Assembly: GCA_038045945.1 (NCBI GenBank)
Contig: JBBSXC010000004.1
Span: forward strand, 192,001 to 256,000
Direction: 5' to 3'
Length of the DNA: 64,000 nucleotides
Origin: Nanobdellota archaeon
GTDB lineage: Archaea; Nanobdellota; Nanobdellia; Pacearchaeales; GW2011-AR1
The position numbers and the translations under genes were made by a program. The number at the start of each line of letters is the position of its first letter. The first letter of the stretch is position 1. This document shows, piece by piece, positions 1 to 10,398 of the stretch. The notes beneath the pieces were generated by a model. It saw only the letters and a list, made by a program, of their open reading frames with translations. It had not been told where the DNA came from and searched no databases.

Positions 1-1
1 A

Positions 2-1222
2 GAACAAAAAGTAGAAGGAAAAATTAACTCAATATTTGACTCATTTACAAAAGAAAGCATATTCAAAAACAAGAGCTTTCTACAAATAAAACATCTGCCT
101 GAAGATATACTCCATCGAGACGAACAATTACAACAAGTCGCTAGTATCCTAGCACCCGCACTTAGAGGTGAAAGAACAAGTAACCTATTCGTTTATGGAC
201 AAACAGGCACAGGAAAGACTATTTGCGTCAAGTATATCAGAGACCAATTACTAAAAAAAGCTCAAAGCACAGGAGCACCACTAAGAATTGAATATCTTAA
301 CTGTAAACTAAAAAAGGTTGCTGATACAGAATACAGGATTTTAGCAGAACTAATAAAAAAATTAGGAGGAGAAGTACCATCAACAGGCCTACCCACAGAC
401 CAGGTCTATAATAAATTCATTGAGATAATAGAATCAAAAAAACAAACATTCCTACTAATACTTGATGAAATAGACCAAGCGGTTAAAAAGATCTCAAGCG
501 ACTTCCTATATAACCTAACACGTCTCAACTCAGAACTAGAACAAACAACCGTAAGCATAATAGGTATAAGCAATGACCTAAAATTCTTAGACCTAATCGA
601 TCCAAGAGTAAGAAGCAGCTTATCAGAAGAAGAAATAATCTTTGCACCTTACAATGCACTACAATTACAAGACATACTAAAACAAAGAGCTGACTCATCA
701 TTCAAACCAGGAGTACTAAAAGAAGGAGTAATCGCTAAATGCGCAGCTTACGCCGCAAGAGAACACGGAGACGCAAGAAGAGCATTAGACCTATTAAGAA
801 TATCAGGAGAAATAGCTGAAAGGATGACAGAAGGAACAATAGAAATCAAACACATCGATATGGCAAACGAAAAAATTGATAGGGATAAAATATTAGATAT
901 AATATCAGCAGCACCAAAACAATTCCAAATAGTATTATTAGCATCAATTGACCTAATAAGCAAAAATAAAGAACAAAACACAAAAATCTTCACTGGAGAT
1001 ATATACTCATTATACCAGGACTTATGTTCTAAGAGCAGAAACGAGATACTAACACAAAGGAGGGTTAGCGACCTAATAGGAGAATTTGATATGTTAGGAC
1101 TAATAAACGCAAGAGTTGTAAGCAACGGAAGACATGGAAGAACAAGAGAAATAAAACTCCTTATACCAGACCAAATATTACCGAGAGCTAGAGAAATAAT
1201 ACAAAATAATTTGAACTTCTAA
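2..1222 (+). CDS. cdc6: Orc1/Cdc6 replication initiator (5' end cut by window edge)
   Basis: Frame from base 2 reads EQKVEG...LHRDEQL...YGQTGTGKT (Walker A), LILDEID (Walker B), GDARRALDLL and a winged-helix end GRHGRTREI; the track ORF 824..1222 is its C-terminus. Confidence 0.95.
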   Translation, partial: EQKVEGKINSIFDSFTKESIFKNKSFLQIKHLPEDILHRDEQLQQVASILAPALRGERTSNLFVYGQTGTGKTICVKYIRDQLLKKAQSTGAPLRIEYLNCKLKKVADTEYRILAELIKKLGGEVPSTGLPTDQVYNKFIEIIESKKQTFLLILDEIDQAVKKISSDFLYNLTRLNSELEQTTVSIIGISNDLKFLDLIDPRVRSSLSEEEIIFAPYNALQLQDILKQRADSSFKPGVLKEGVIAKCAAYAAREHGDARRALDLLRISGEIAERMTEGTIEIKHIDMANEKIDRDKILDIISAAPKQFQIVLLASIDLISKNKEQNTKIFTGDIYSLYQDLCSKSRNEILTQRRVSDLIGEFDMLGLINARVVSNGRHGRTREIKLLIPDQILPRAREIIQNNLNF

Positions 1223-1226
1223 AAAA

Positions 1227-2807
1227 ATGAATAGAGAAATACTAAAATTTTGTTTAGAAAAAGGGTGCTTAATAGATAAAGAAGCATGCGAAATACTAGA
1301 AAACTTTGAAAATATAGAAATAGCTAAAAAAATCATTATTTCACTAACAGACATACTAAAACAAAAAATAATAACTAAATCAAACATAATAAGCCACTCA
1401 AAACAGATAGAAACATTTGTAGAACAACTAGGAGAAAGAACAACCATAGAAAAAATTAAGATAAGCCTAGGAATAAACATTGAATTATCAAAAGAAACAG
1501 TAGAAAAAACATCAGAATTGGAAACGATTAAGAAAGAATCTAAAGTCAGAGTACTAACAAGCCATTCAGCACTTGAAGAAAAAGTGGAAGTTGAAGACTT
1601 CATCAAACACTTCAAAGCAAGATACGGGGCAATAAGAAACATATTACAACAAAGAACAGAACTAGAAAACCTAACCTCAATAAACAAATTAGGTAACAAA
1701 AGACAAAACGTATCAATAATTGGAATGATTTATGACAAAAGACTAACAAAGAACAAAAACCTAATAATAGAAGTAGAAGACCTAACAGGAAGAATAAGCG
1801 TACTAATAAACAAAGACAAAGAAGACCTTAACGAAATAGCAAAAAGAATGCTACCAGATGACATCATAGGAATAAAAGGCGTTGGTGACAAAGAATTCTT
1901 ATTCGCTAACGGAATAATATACCCAGACTCATTCCTAGAAGAAAAACACAGAATAGAAGAAGACGAATCAATAGCATTCATATCAGATGTACATGTAGGA
2001 AGTAAACTATTCCTAAAAGAAAAACTACTAAAATTCATAGAATGGCTTAACGGAAACTTAGGCGGAGAAGAAGAAAGAGAAGAAGCACTAAAAATAAAAT
2101 ACTTGTTTGTAGTAGGAGACACCATTGACGGAGTAGGAGTATACCCAGGACAAGAAAAATTGTTAGAATTAGTAAACATTGAAGACCAATACAAAGAACT
2201 AGCAAGATACCTAAAAATGATAAGAAAAGACATAACAATAATACTCTCACCAGGACAACATGACTGCGTAAGGGTAGCAGAACCACAACCACCAGTAGGA
2301 AAAGACTATGGATACGCACTACACGAAATAGAAAACCTAATACTAGTAAGCAACCCAGCACTAATAGAAGTAGGATTCAAAAAAGACGAAAAAACAAAAC
2401 TTGAAAAAAGGGGCTTCCGAGTACTGATGTACCACGGAGCAAGCTTCCACCTAATAATTAACGAAATAGACGAACTAAGAATGTCAAAAGCACACGACTC
2501 ACCAACAAAAATAATAAAATTCTTACTAAAAAGAAGACACCTATCACCAGTACACTCATTCAACCCATACATACCAAACCCAGAAAAAGACCCAATGGTA
2601 ATAGACATAGTACCAGACATAGTAGCAACAGGAGACTTGCACAAATCAGACATAGACATATACCAAAACATACTAATGATAGCATCAAGCTGCTGGCAAT
2701 CAACAACACCCTTCGAAGAAAAAGTAGGAAACCACCCAGACCCATGCAAAGTACCAGTATTCAACATGAAAACAAGGAGGCTAAAAGTCCTAGACTTCGC
2801 AAACTAA
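1227..2807 (+). CDS. polB: DNA polymerase D small subunit DP1
   Basis: OB fold then calcineurin-like motifs SDVHVGS, GDTIDGVGVYPGQ, PGQHD, YHG, CWQSTT; lies between cdc6 and DP2. Confidence 0.95.
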   Translation: MNREILKFCLEKGCLIDKEACEILENFENIEIAKKIIISLTDILKQKIITKSNIISHSKQIETFVEQLGERTTIEKIKISLGINIELSKETVEKTSELETIKKESKVRVLTSHSALEEKVEVEDFIKHFKARYGAIRNILQQRTELENLTSINKLGNKRQNVSIIGMIYDKRLTKNKNLIIEVEDLTGRISVLINKDKEDLNEIAKRMLPDDIIGIKGVGDKEFLFANGIIYPDSFLEEKHRIEEDESIAFISDVHVGSKLFLKEKLLKFIEWLNGNLGGEEEREEALKIKYLFVVGDTIDGVGVYPGQEKLLELVNIEDQYKELARYLKMIRKDITIILSPGQHDCVRVAEPQPPVGKDYGYALHEIENLILVSNPALIEVGFKKDEKTKLEKRGFRVLMYHGASFHLIINEIDELRMSKAHDSPTKIIKFLLKRRHLSPVHSFNPYIPNPEKDPMVIDIVPDIVATGDLHKSDIDIYQNILMIASSCWQSTTPFEEKVGNHPDPCKVPVFNMKTRRLKVLDFAN

Positions 2808-2811
2808 AAAA

Positions 2812-5800
2812 ATGAACTCAGAAGAATACTTTAACAAAATACAAGAAGGAGTTGACGGACTATATACTATAGCAAGAGAAGCAAGAGCGAAAGGACTCGA
2901 CCCTTCACGCGACGTAGAAATAAAACTAGCAACAACACTAGGAGCAAAAGCCGTAGGGCTAATATCAACAATATATCCACAAATGGACAAAGTAGAAATA
3001 ATAGACAGGATACTAGAACTAGAAAGGGAGTATGGACAATTAGCGCCTGAAGTATCATTTAAAATAGCTGAAGAAGTAGCAAAACAAAAATTTTGTGAAT
3101 ACAAAAACCAACTAGAAGCAATAGACGCAGGAATAAGACTAGGATTCGCATACAACACACTAGGAGTAGTAAGCAGCCCAATAGAAGGATACACGACACT
3201 AAAAACAAACAAAAATGAAGACGGAGGAGAATACTTTGTACCATACTTTTCAGGACCAATAAGAAGCGCAGGAACAACAGCAAGCTGCATGGTACTAATA
3301 CTAATAGACTTCCTAAGAGAATCATTCGGATACGCAAAATACAAACCAACAGAAAAAGAAATAAAAAGAGTCGTAACAGAACTATATGATTATCACGAAA
3401 GAGTAAACAATCTACAATACTTACCAACAGAAGAAGAAGCAGAATTCTTAGGAAGAAACATGCCAATACAAGTATCAGGAGAACCAACAGAAAAAAGAGA
3501 AGTATCAAACTTCAAAGACCTAGAAAGAATAGAAACAAACTTCATAAGAGGAGGATTCTGCCTAATAATGGGAGAAGGACTAGCACAAAAAGCACAAAAA
3601 GGACTAAGAATCTTAAGAAAACTTCAAACAAGCGGATTCAAAATAAGCGACTGGGAGTTCTTAGAAGAATACGTAGCACTACACAAAAAAAGAGACGAAG
3701 GAAAAAAGTTAGACTCATCACCAACATACATGAAAGACTTAGTAGCAGGAAGACCAATATTCGGACACCCATCAAGAAGCGGATCATTCAGATTCAGATA
3801 CGGAAGAAGCAGATCAGGAGGATTCTCAGCAACAAGCATACACCCAGCAACAATGGCAATAAGTGGAGGATTCATAGCAACAGGAACACAAGTAAAAGTA
3901 GAAAAACCAACAAAAGGGTGCATAACAACAGTATGTGACACTATTGACGGACCAATAGTAAAAATGAAGAACGGAGACCTAAAAAAAGTAAGAAGCGCTG
4001 AAGAAGCAAAAAGTCTATACAAAGACGTAGAAGAAATAGTATACTTCGGAGACATATTATTCTCATTCGGAGACGTACTAAACAGAAACTCACAATTACT
4101 AAAAGCAGGATACGTAGAAGAATGGTGGGAGTTAGAACTAAAAAAAGCATCAGGAGAAACAAAAATGGATGGACTACAATTTCCAAGAACAATAAAACTT
4201 GAAGAAGCAATAAAAATAAGCGAGAAGTACAACATACCACTACACCCAGAATACATCTATTACTGGACACAGATAGACTACAACGCACTATGCTCATTAC
4301 TATACTGGCTAGAAAACAGCCGCCTTCAAGGAAAAATAATCTTACCATACAACAAAGAAGAAAAAGAACAATTCAAAGAGGGAAAAAGAGCACTAGAACT
4401 ATTAGGGGTGCCACATGAAGTAGCAGTAGAGAACGTAGTGCTAAGAGAAGAAGAAAGCAAAGCATTACTATTCAACCTAGGAATACTACCAGACGTATTT
4501 CTCAACGAAAACTACAAACTAAGAGAAGACATAGCACAACTTAAACTAAAAATAAACACCTCAATGACTGTTCTAGAAATAATAAACAAGTTATCATTCG
4601 TAACAATAAAAGACAAAGCAGGAACATTCATAGGATCAAGAATGGGAAGACCAGAAAAAGCAAAACTAAGAAAACTAGTAGGAAGCCCAAGTGTACTATT
4701 CCCAGTAGGAGAAGAGGGAGGAAGATTTAGAAGCGTGAACGAAGCAGGAGAAAAAGGAACAATAAAAGGAGACTTCCCGATACACTACTGTAAAGAATGT
4801 CAAAGAGACACAATATACCCTACTTGCGAAATATGCAAAAACGAAACGGAAAAAAGATACTACTGCATAGACTGCAAAGAAATAATACAAGGAAAAGAAT
4901 GCACAAAAGAAGAACACAAAAGAGTAGTATCACACTCAAACAGAAGAATTGACAGCAAACACTACATACAATCAGCAGCAAAAACACTAGGAATACCAGT
5001 TCGCGACCTACCACCACTAATAAAAGGAGTAAGGGGAACAAGCAACAAAGAACACGTAATAGAAAACTTAAGCAAGGGAATACTGCGAGCAAAACATGGA
5101 CTATGCGTAAACAAAGACGGAACAATAAGGTACGATGCTATAGAAATACCAATAACGCACTTCAAGCCCAAAGAAATAGGAACAACAAAAGAAAAACTAC
5201 TAGAATTAGGATACAACCAAGACGTGAACGGGCAAGAATTAACAAACGATGAACAAGTATTAGAACTAAAACCACATGATATAATACTGCCGTCATGCCC
5301 AGAAGCAAAAGACGAAAAATCAGCTGACGTATTCTTCTCAGTAACAAAATTCTTAGACGAAACACTAGAAAAAATGTATAAGCTGCCAAAATTTTATAAC
5401 CTAACAAAAAAAGAAGAATTAGTAGGGCACTTAGTAACATGCATGAGCCCACACAACTGCGCAGGAGTAGTAGGAAGAATAATAGGGTTCTCAAAAACAC
5501 AAGGATTACTAGCTTCCCCCTACATACACGCAGCAATGAGAAGAGACTGTGACGGAGACGAAGCAGCAGTAATGATGCTACTTGACGTACTACTAAACTT
5601 TTCAAGAGGATTTTTACCAGCACACAGAGGAGGAACACAAGACGCACCACTAGTACTAAACAGCCGCCTAAGAGCAGGAGAAGTAGACGACCAAATATTA
5701 GACTTAGAATTAGTAAACGAACACCCACTAACACTTTACGAACTATCAGAAAAAGGATCACACTCATCAGAAATAAAAATAAGAACAGTAAGAGAAGCAC

Positions 5801-6297
5801 TAAAAAAAGGAGAAGACCCGTTCACAAATATAGGGTACACGCACGCAACAGACAACATAAACGCAGGAGTAACAAACTCATCATACAAATTCCTGCCAAC
5901 AATGCATGACAAAGTAGAAAAACAAATGGAACTAGACACAAAACTAAGATCAGTAGACGAAAGCGACGTAGCAAGACTAATAATAGAAAGACACTTCATA
6001 AGAGACATAAGAGGAAACCTAAGAAAATTCTCACAACAAAGCTTCAGATGCGTAGGGTGCAACGAAATACACCGCAGACCACCAATGAGCGGAAAATGCG
6101 TAAAGTGCGAAGGAAAAATAATATTCACAATATCATACGGAAGCATAATAAAATACTTAGAACCAGCAATAACGCTAGCAACAACATACAACGTAAGCCC
6201 ATACCTAAAACAAAGCTTACTATTAGCAAGAAGCTACATAGAAAGCATATTCGGAAAAGAAAAACACAAACAAGTAGAACTAAAAAAGTGGTTTTGA
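2812..6297 (+). CDS. polC: DNA polymerase D large subunit DP2
   Basis: GPIRSAGTT, RYGRSR, RMGRPEKAK, catalytic RRDCDGDE, Zn-finger CxxC clusters, C-terminal PIP-like QVELKKWF; no intein. Confidence 0.97.
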   Translation: MNSEEYFNKIQEGVDGLYTIAREARAKGLDPSRDVEIKLATTLGAKAVGLISTIYPQMDKVEIIDRILELEREYGQLAPEVSFKIAEEVAKQKFCEYKNQLEAIDAGIRLGFAYNTLGVVSSPIEGYTTLKTNKNEDGGEYFVPYFSGPIRSAGTTASCMVLILIDFLRESFGYAKYKPTEKEIKRVVTELYDYHERVNNLQYLPTEEEAEFLGRNMPIQVSGEPTEKREVSNFKDLERIETNFIRGGFCLIMGEGLAQKAQKGLRILRKLQTSGFKISDWEFLEEYVALHKKRDEGKKLDSSPTYMKDLVAGRPIFGHPSRSGSFRFRYGRSRSGGFSATSIHPATMAISGGFIATGTQVKVEKPTKGCITTVCDTIDGPIVKMKNGDLKKVRSAEEAKSLYKDVEEIVYFGDILFSFGDVLNRNSQLLKAGYVEEWWELELKKASGETKMDGLQFPRTIKLEEAIKISEKYNIPLHPEYIYYWTQIDYNALCSLLYWLENSRLQGKIILPYNKEEKEQFKEGKRALELLGVPHEVAVENVVLREEESKALLFNLGILPDVFLNENYKLREDIAQLKLKINTSMTVLEIINKLSFVTIKDKAGTFIGSRMGRPEKAKLRKLVGSPSVLFPVGEEGGRFRSVNEAGEKGTIKGDFPIHYCKECQRDTIYPTCEICKNETEKRYYCIDCKEIIQGKECTKEEHKRVVSHSNRRIDSKHYIQSAAKTLGIPVRDLPPLIKGVRGTSNKEHVIENLSKGILRAKHGLCVNKDGTIRYDAIEIPITHFKPKEIGTTKEKLLELGYNQDVNGQELTNDEQVLELKPHDIILPSCPEAKDEKSADVFFSVTKFLDETLEKMYKLPKFYNLTKKEELVGHLVTCMSPHNCAGVVGRIIGFSKTQGLLASPYIHAAMRRDCDGDEAAVMMLLDVLLNFSRGFLPAHRGGTQDAPLVLNSRLRAGEVDDQILDLELVNEHPLTLYELSEKGSHSSEIKIRTVREALKKGEDPFTNIGYTHATDNINAGVTNSSYKFLPTMHDKVEKQMELDTKLRSVDESDVARLIIERHFIRDIRGNLRKFSQQSFRCVGCNEIHRRPPMSGKCVKCEGKIIFTISYGSIIKYLEPAITLATTYNVSPYLKQSLLLARSYIESIFGKEKHKQVELKKWF

Positions 6298-6315
6298 ACT
6301 TGCTAGATGTTTTTC

Positions 6316-7194
6316 TTACTTATTTTTAAAATAAAAGAATGCACAAATTAATCCTGCAAGAAATAACGATATGCTTAAAATGTTAGAAGATGATTGAGTA
6401 ACACCTGAAATAACATTTCCTGTAATATTGGATGAAAGAAAGATAAGAGAAACAAGAAAAAGAGTTAATGACGCAGTCGAAAGAGTTGTTTCGAGCTTAC
6501 TTTTTGACTTCTTTGGTAATGGGTGTGACCGGCTGTATGAATCAATAGTCCTTCCTTTTTCGTCAAGCTGTCGATAAGCTAACCAATGGTTCCACGCATA
6601 TTGTTGTATCCTATTCCGTATTTCATCCCGGGAGAACCCGTAATGAGCGTTCCCAAATTCGGAAGGATTATCCTTTCTCCATTGATTATCTGAATAAATT
6701 CTATTTGCCCATTCTTTTTTATCATACTTATTTAATGGTCTAGTCCATTTAGTTTTCCTGAGTACAAAATATCCTCTAAGTTTTCCAGTTTTTGGGTCTC
6801 TAGCTGCTATAGTTGTTGACTTTTGTTTATCATTTAACAAAAATAAATCTATGTCTGTCCAACTAGGTAACCTTTTACGTTCTTCTATCTCAACAGACTG
6901 TTCTTCTTCTCTTGCTTCATCTTCAAAAAATTTAAAAGGAAGAATTTTAGCTAAGTAAGTCGCTACCTTTGAAAGCGGTTTTGGTGATGGGTGGGTATGA
7001 ATTTCTCTATAACCCCCGACTCCTGGGAACCTTTGCTGATCGATAAAGTCTGGTTGCTTAAATCTTACGGAACCTTCATTTCTTTCTTCACTAACATCAT
7101 ATGGTTCCTCGCCAGGATACTTTCGATAAGCTGCTTCTAAATCCGGTCTTGTAGTTGATTCTATAACCTCTTTTGAGTTTCTTCCCTTTTTCAT
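6316..7194 (-). CDS. Membrane-anchored protein with JAB/MPN+-like metal motif
   Basis: EIHTHPS...LPSWTDI; two C-terminal TM helices around SSNITGNVIS; base composition unlike neighbours. Confidence 0.6.
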   Translation of the reverse strand: MKKGRNSKEVIESTTRPDLEAAYRKYPGEEPYDVSEERNEGSVRFKQPDFIDQQRFPGVGGYREIHTHPSPKPLSKVATYLAKILPFKFFEDEAREEEQSVEIEERKRLPSWTDIDLFLLNDKQKSTTIAARDPKTGKLRGYFVLRKTKWTRPLNKYDKKEWANRIYSDNQWRKDNPSEFGNAHYGFSRDEIRNRIQQYAWNHWLAYRQLDEKGRTIDSYSRSHPLPKKSKSKLETTLSTASLTLFLVSLIFLSSNITGNVISGVTQSSSNILSISLFLAGLICAFFYFKNK

Positions 7195-7228
7195 ATCTTA
7201 ATAATTGTTAATTAACTTATATTACTTT

Positions 7229-8437
7229 CTAAAAGGGCAAATAAAAAATTATAGTTGGTATCAAGAGGCAGCCCATCAAGTTAGTCCTTCTAACACCAAG
7301 ACTAATAGTTAATAATCCTAAAAGCGAAGAAACAGAAAAAACTAACAAACCTAAAAAACCACAAAAAAATAAAACAAGAAAAACGATAAGAGCCAAAACA
7401 AGTAAAGAAACAAGCTTATAGTTAACAACACTAATAATAGAAGAAATTTTCTTACTAACAAAAATACCAACAAAGAAACAAATAATACCAGCAATTAAAG
7501 AAACAAACAAAACAACATAAATATCATTTAAAGAAAAAGAAGGAACCAAAGAAAGAATAACTGCGGCAGCACCAGTACGAGCTTTAGAAATAGCAGCAAT
7601 AGCAACAAATGAAAGGCCGAGAACTAAAACATTAACGCCACCAATAAGCCTCATAAAATCCTCACGATTATCATCAATAAAAGAGGAACCAATAACAGCA
7701 GCCTGACCAGAACCTAGTCCAGGCAAGAAACTAACAAGAGGAGAAGAAATAAGCAAAATCTCAAAATGCTTAACAAAAGAATCCCAAGAAAAACCAAAAA
7801 ATTTATCTAAACCAACAATGGTTTGTTTAGGAACAAAATTATCCTCAAACAAACTAAAAATAATAGAAGAACCACCAAAAAGTCCGCCGAGCAAAGGAAG
7901 AAGAGGCTCAGAAAGACCGAGGTTTAAAGAAGAAAAACCAAGAAAACCAGAAAGAAGAAAAACAAAAAAAGCAAAAAACCACTTACCCTGAGAAAAAATA
8001 AGAAAAAGCGAAGAAGAAATAAGAACAAGCCACATAACGGGAGAAAGATAAAGATAAATTTTAGGAATAACAAAAAATAACGGAAGAGCAATAAGAACAA
8101 AACACAAAAGACCAAAAACACACCCTTGCAAAAAATAAACAGAAGCAGAAAAACCCTCACCCTTAAGAAGAAAATGGTGTCCTGGAATTATCGAAACAGA
8201 AGAATCATCATTAGGACAACCAAGAAATATGCCTGGGATACCATCAAGAAAAGTATGAGCAATAGACAAAGAAACAACAAAAACAATAACCTGATAAGAA
8301 GAAAAAATCTCAGGAGAAAAAATTACTCCAGACAAAAGAATACTACCAACAAGATTAATATGAATTCCAGGAATCAAGCCAGTAAAACAACCAATAAATA
8401 AACCTAAGAAAAAAGCAATCACCAAAGAAAAAATCAT
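7229..8437 (-). CDS. TctA-like (DUF112) tripartite tricarboxylate transporter permease family protein
   Basis: GLIPGIHINL, HTFLDGIPGIFLGCP, IIPGH, FLPGLGS; polytopic membrane protein. Confidence 0.85.
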   Translation of the reverse strand: MIFSLVIAFFLGLFIGCFTGLIPGIHINLVGSILLSGVIFSPEIFSSYQVIVFVVSLSIAHTFLDGIPGIFLGCPNDDSSVSIIPGHHFLLKGEGFSASVYFLQGCVFGLLCFVLIALPLFFVIPKIYLYLSPVMWLVLISSSLFLIFSQGKWFFAFFVFLLSGFLGFSSLNLGLSEPLLPLLGGLFGGSSIIFSLFEDNFVPKQTIVGLDKFFGFSWDSFVKHFEILLISSPLVSFLPGLGSGQAAVIGSSFIDDNREDFMRLIGGVNVLVLGLSFVAIAAISKARTGAAAVILSLVPSFSLNDIYVVLFVSLIAGIICFFVGIFVSKKISSIISVVNYKLVSLLVLALIVFLVLFFCGFLGLLVFSVSSLLGLLTISLGVRRTNLMGCLLIPTIIFYLPF

Positions 8438-8727
8438 TGTTTAATAACCAACTTTTCAACAATTGAACGATTATTATAATAACTAAAAAACAAAGAAACA
8501 TTCCTACCAACAAACACGCTAAGACCGCTATCACAGGAATAACAAGTAAAGACAAGGCTCTTATTACCATTAACTAAAATCTTAATTGTTTGGTAATCAT
8601 CATGAAAAGAAAAATTACTAAAACGACCATTAACAAATAATCCATCATGATAATAATCACTAAGAAAAATAATAACTATAATACCAATAAGAGAGCCAAG
8701 AAACAATAAAGCGTTAAGCCTAGGCAT
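8434..8727 (-). CDS. Small membrane-anchored hypothetical protein (possible OB fold)
   Basis: N-terminal TM helix then beta-rich domain; overlaps the start of the TctA-like gene by 4 nt. Confidence 0.55.
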   Translation of the reverse strand: MPRLNALLFLGSLIGIIVIIFLSDYYHDGLFVNGRFSNFSFHDDYQTIKILVNGNKSLVFTCYSCDSGLSVFVGRNVSLFFSYYNNRSIVEKLVIKQ

Positions 8728-8761
8728 AAAAATAATAACTCAACTAATAAATAAATCTTTT

Positions 8762-9673
8762 CTACTTAGTCTTAAACTCGACAACGTCCAAATCCTTAAG
8801 AACATGCTTAAGGCCAACCTTTTGCCCACCAAACTTACTACTAGGACCCCAAATATGAATCTCCTTAATATTATCGGACATACCATGATAAATCCTCTCA
8901 GCAAGATGACCAACAGTAGAACCAGGCTTCATAATAGTAGCATCAACACTCCTCTCCTTCTTAGGCTCCTTAGTAAAAACCCTCATAATACTAAACTTAC
9001 TCAAAATCCTCTTCTTTAACTCCTCAAGATTAGTTGTATTCTTAGAAGAAAACTTGATAAAGTCCTGCTTACTCATCATAAACTTAGCCTCAGTCTTCCT
9101 AGCAACATCAAAATCCATCAAGTCAGACTTATTCCAAACAATAAGCCTCTTACCAGTAGTCCTCTCAAGATAAGGAGAAATCCTGGAAAGATCATCATAA
9201 TTATTAACAACAACAAGAACAAGATCAGCAGAATTAACCAAACCCTTATCAAAAAAATCACTATTAACAGCAGGAAGATCAATAACCTGAGTAACAATAC
9301 CACCATAACTCATAGCACCAATAACAGGCATAACAGTACTATACTCGTACTCGGCAACAAGAGAAGAAGCATTAGTCAAACAATTAAGTATAGAAGACTT
9401 ACCAGAATTAGTAAAACCAACAAGAACAGCCTGAGGCCCATCCTTCCTAATAGCCTTAAGAGTAGACTTACCAACACTCTTAGACTTCTCTTTTTTATCA
9501 CGAAGCTTAATAAGACGAGTCTTAAGCTCAGCAACCATCTTCTCAGAAGACTTATGCTTAGGAGCATACTTAATCATCTCTTGTAAGAAAAAAATCTTTT
9601 CATCAACATCCTTAGCATTAAGATAATTACCCTGAGCCTTACCATACTCAGGACCAGCATTAGTCGAAGCCAT
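8762..9673 (-). CDS. DRG/OBG-family GTPase with TGS domain
   Basis: PKHKSSE, GFTNSGKSS, DLPA, NKSD, C-terminal WGPSSKFGGQKVGLKHVLKDLDVVE; start placed at MASTNAG. Confidence 0.9.
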   Translation of the reverse strand: MASTNAGPEYGKAQGNYLNAKDVDEKIFFLQEMIKYAPKHKSSEKMVAELKTRLIKLRDKKEKSKSVGKSTLKAIRKDGPQAVLVGFTNSGKSSILNCLTNASSLVAEYEYSTVMPVIGAMSYGGIVTQVIDLPAVNSDFFDKGLVNSADLVLVVVNNYDDLSRISPYLERTTGKRLIVWNKSDLMDFDVARKTEAKFMMSKQDFIKFSSKNTTNLEELKKRILSKFSIMRVFTKEPKKERSVDATIMKPGSTVGHLAERIYHGMSDNIKEIHIWGPSSKFGGQKVGLKHVLKDLDVVEFKTK

Positions 9674-9725
9674 AATGATAAACACAATCAAACATATTTA
9701 AAAGTAGGTATGATGAAATAATATA

Positions 9726-10394
9726 ATGAAAATAGGAATACTATACTCTGGAGGAAAAGACTCAAACTACGCAGCAATAATAGCAAAAAGGTACGGGCAT
9801 GAAATAACATGCCTAATAACAATAGAGTCAGAAAACAAAGAAAGCTACATGTTCCAAACACCATCAATAACACAAACAAAAAAACAGGCAGAAGCAATGG
9901 GAATACCAATAGTAACAGTAAAAACAAAAGGAGTAAAAGAAGAAGAACTAGTAGACCTTAATAAAGCAATAAAAACAGCAATAAAAAAATACGAAATAGA
10001 GGGAGTAGCAACAGGAGCAATAGAAAGTGTGTATCAAGCATCAAGAATACAAAAAATTTGCGAAAAAAGAAAAATATGGTGCTTTAACCCTTTATGGCAA
10101 AAAAACCAAGAAGAATTATTAGAAGAAATAATAAAAGAAAAAATAGAAGCAATAATAGTAGGAGTATCGGCAGAAGGACTAAACAAAGACTGGTTAGGAA
10201 GAAAAATAGACAAAAAAATGATAGAAGAAATAAAAATACTAAACAAAAAAAGCGGAATAAACCACGCATTTGAGGGAGGAGAAGCAGAAACATTAGTACT
10301 ACAGTCCCCACTATTCAAAAAAAAGCTAGAGGTAAAAGACAAAAAAATCCTTGGAGAAGGAAACAACTGGAGAATGGAAGCAGAACTAGAATAA
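9726..10394 (+). CDS. dph6: Diphthine--ammonia ligase
   Basis: PP-loop SGGKDS, SYMFQ, GAIESVYQ, PLWQ, FEGGEAET. Confidence 0.9.
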   Translation: MKIGILYSGGKDSNYAAIIAKRYGHEITCLITIESENKESYMFQTPSITQTKKQAEAMGIPIVTVKTKGVKEEELVDLNKAIKTAIKKYEIEGVATGAIESVYQASRIQKICEKRKIWCFNPLWQKNQEELLEEIIKEKIEAIIVGVSAEGLNKDWLGRKIDKKMIEEIKILNKKSGINHAFEGGEAETLVLQSPLFKKKLEVKDKKILGEGNNWRMEAELE

Positions 10395-10398
10395 AAAA

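Noticed and set aside
824-1222. 132-aa ORF as a separate gene
   Set aside because: It is the in-frame C-terminus of Cdc6, open from base 2.
2812-6297. Inteins in DP2 (also checked Cdc6 and RadA)
   Set aside because: Lengths are normal and no splice-junction or LAGLIDADG motifs were seen.
748-6329. Many long antisense or alternate-frame ORFs rich in L/F/V/C or K/R/N/T, here and throughout the window
   Set aside because: They overlap well-supported genes and are expected from the skewed composition, which depletes stop codons in shadow frames; no motifs.
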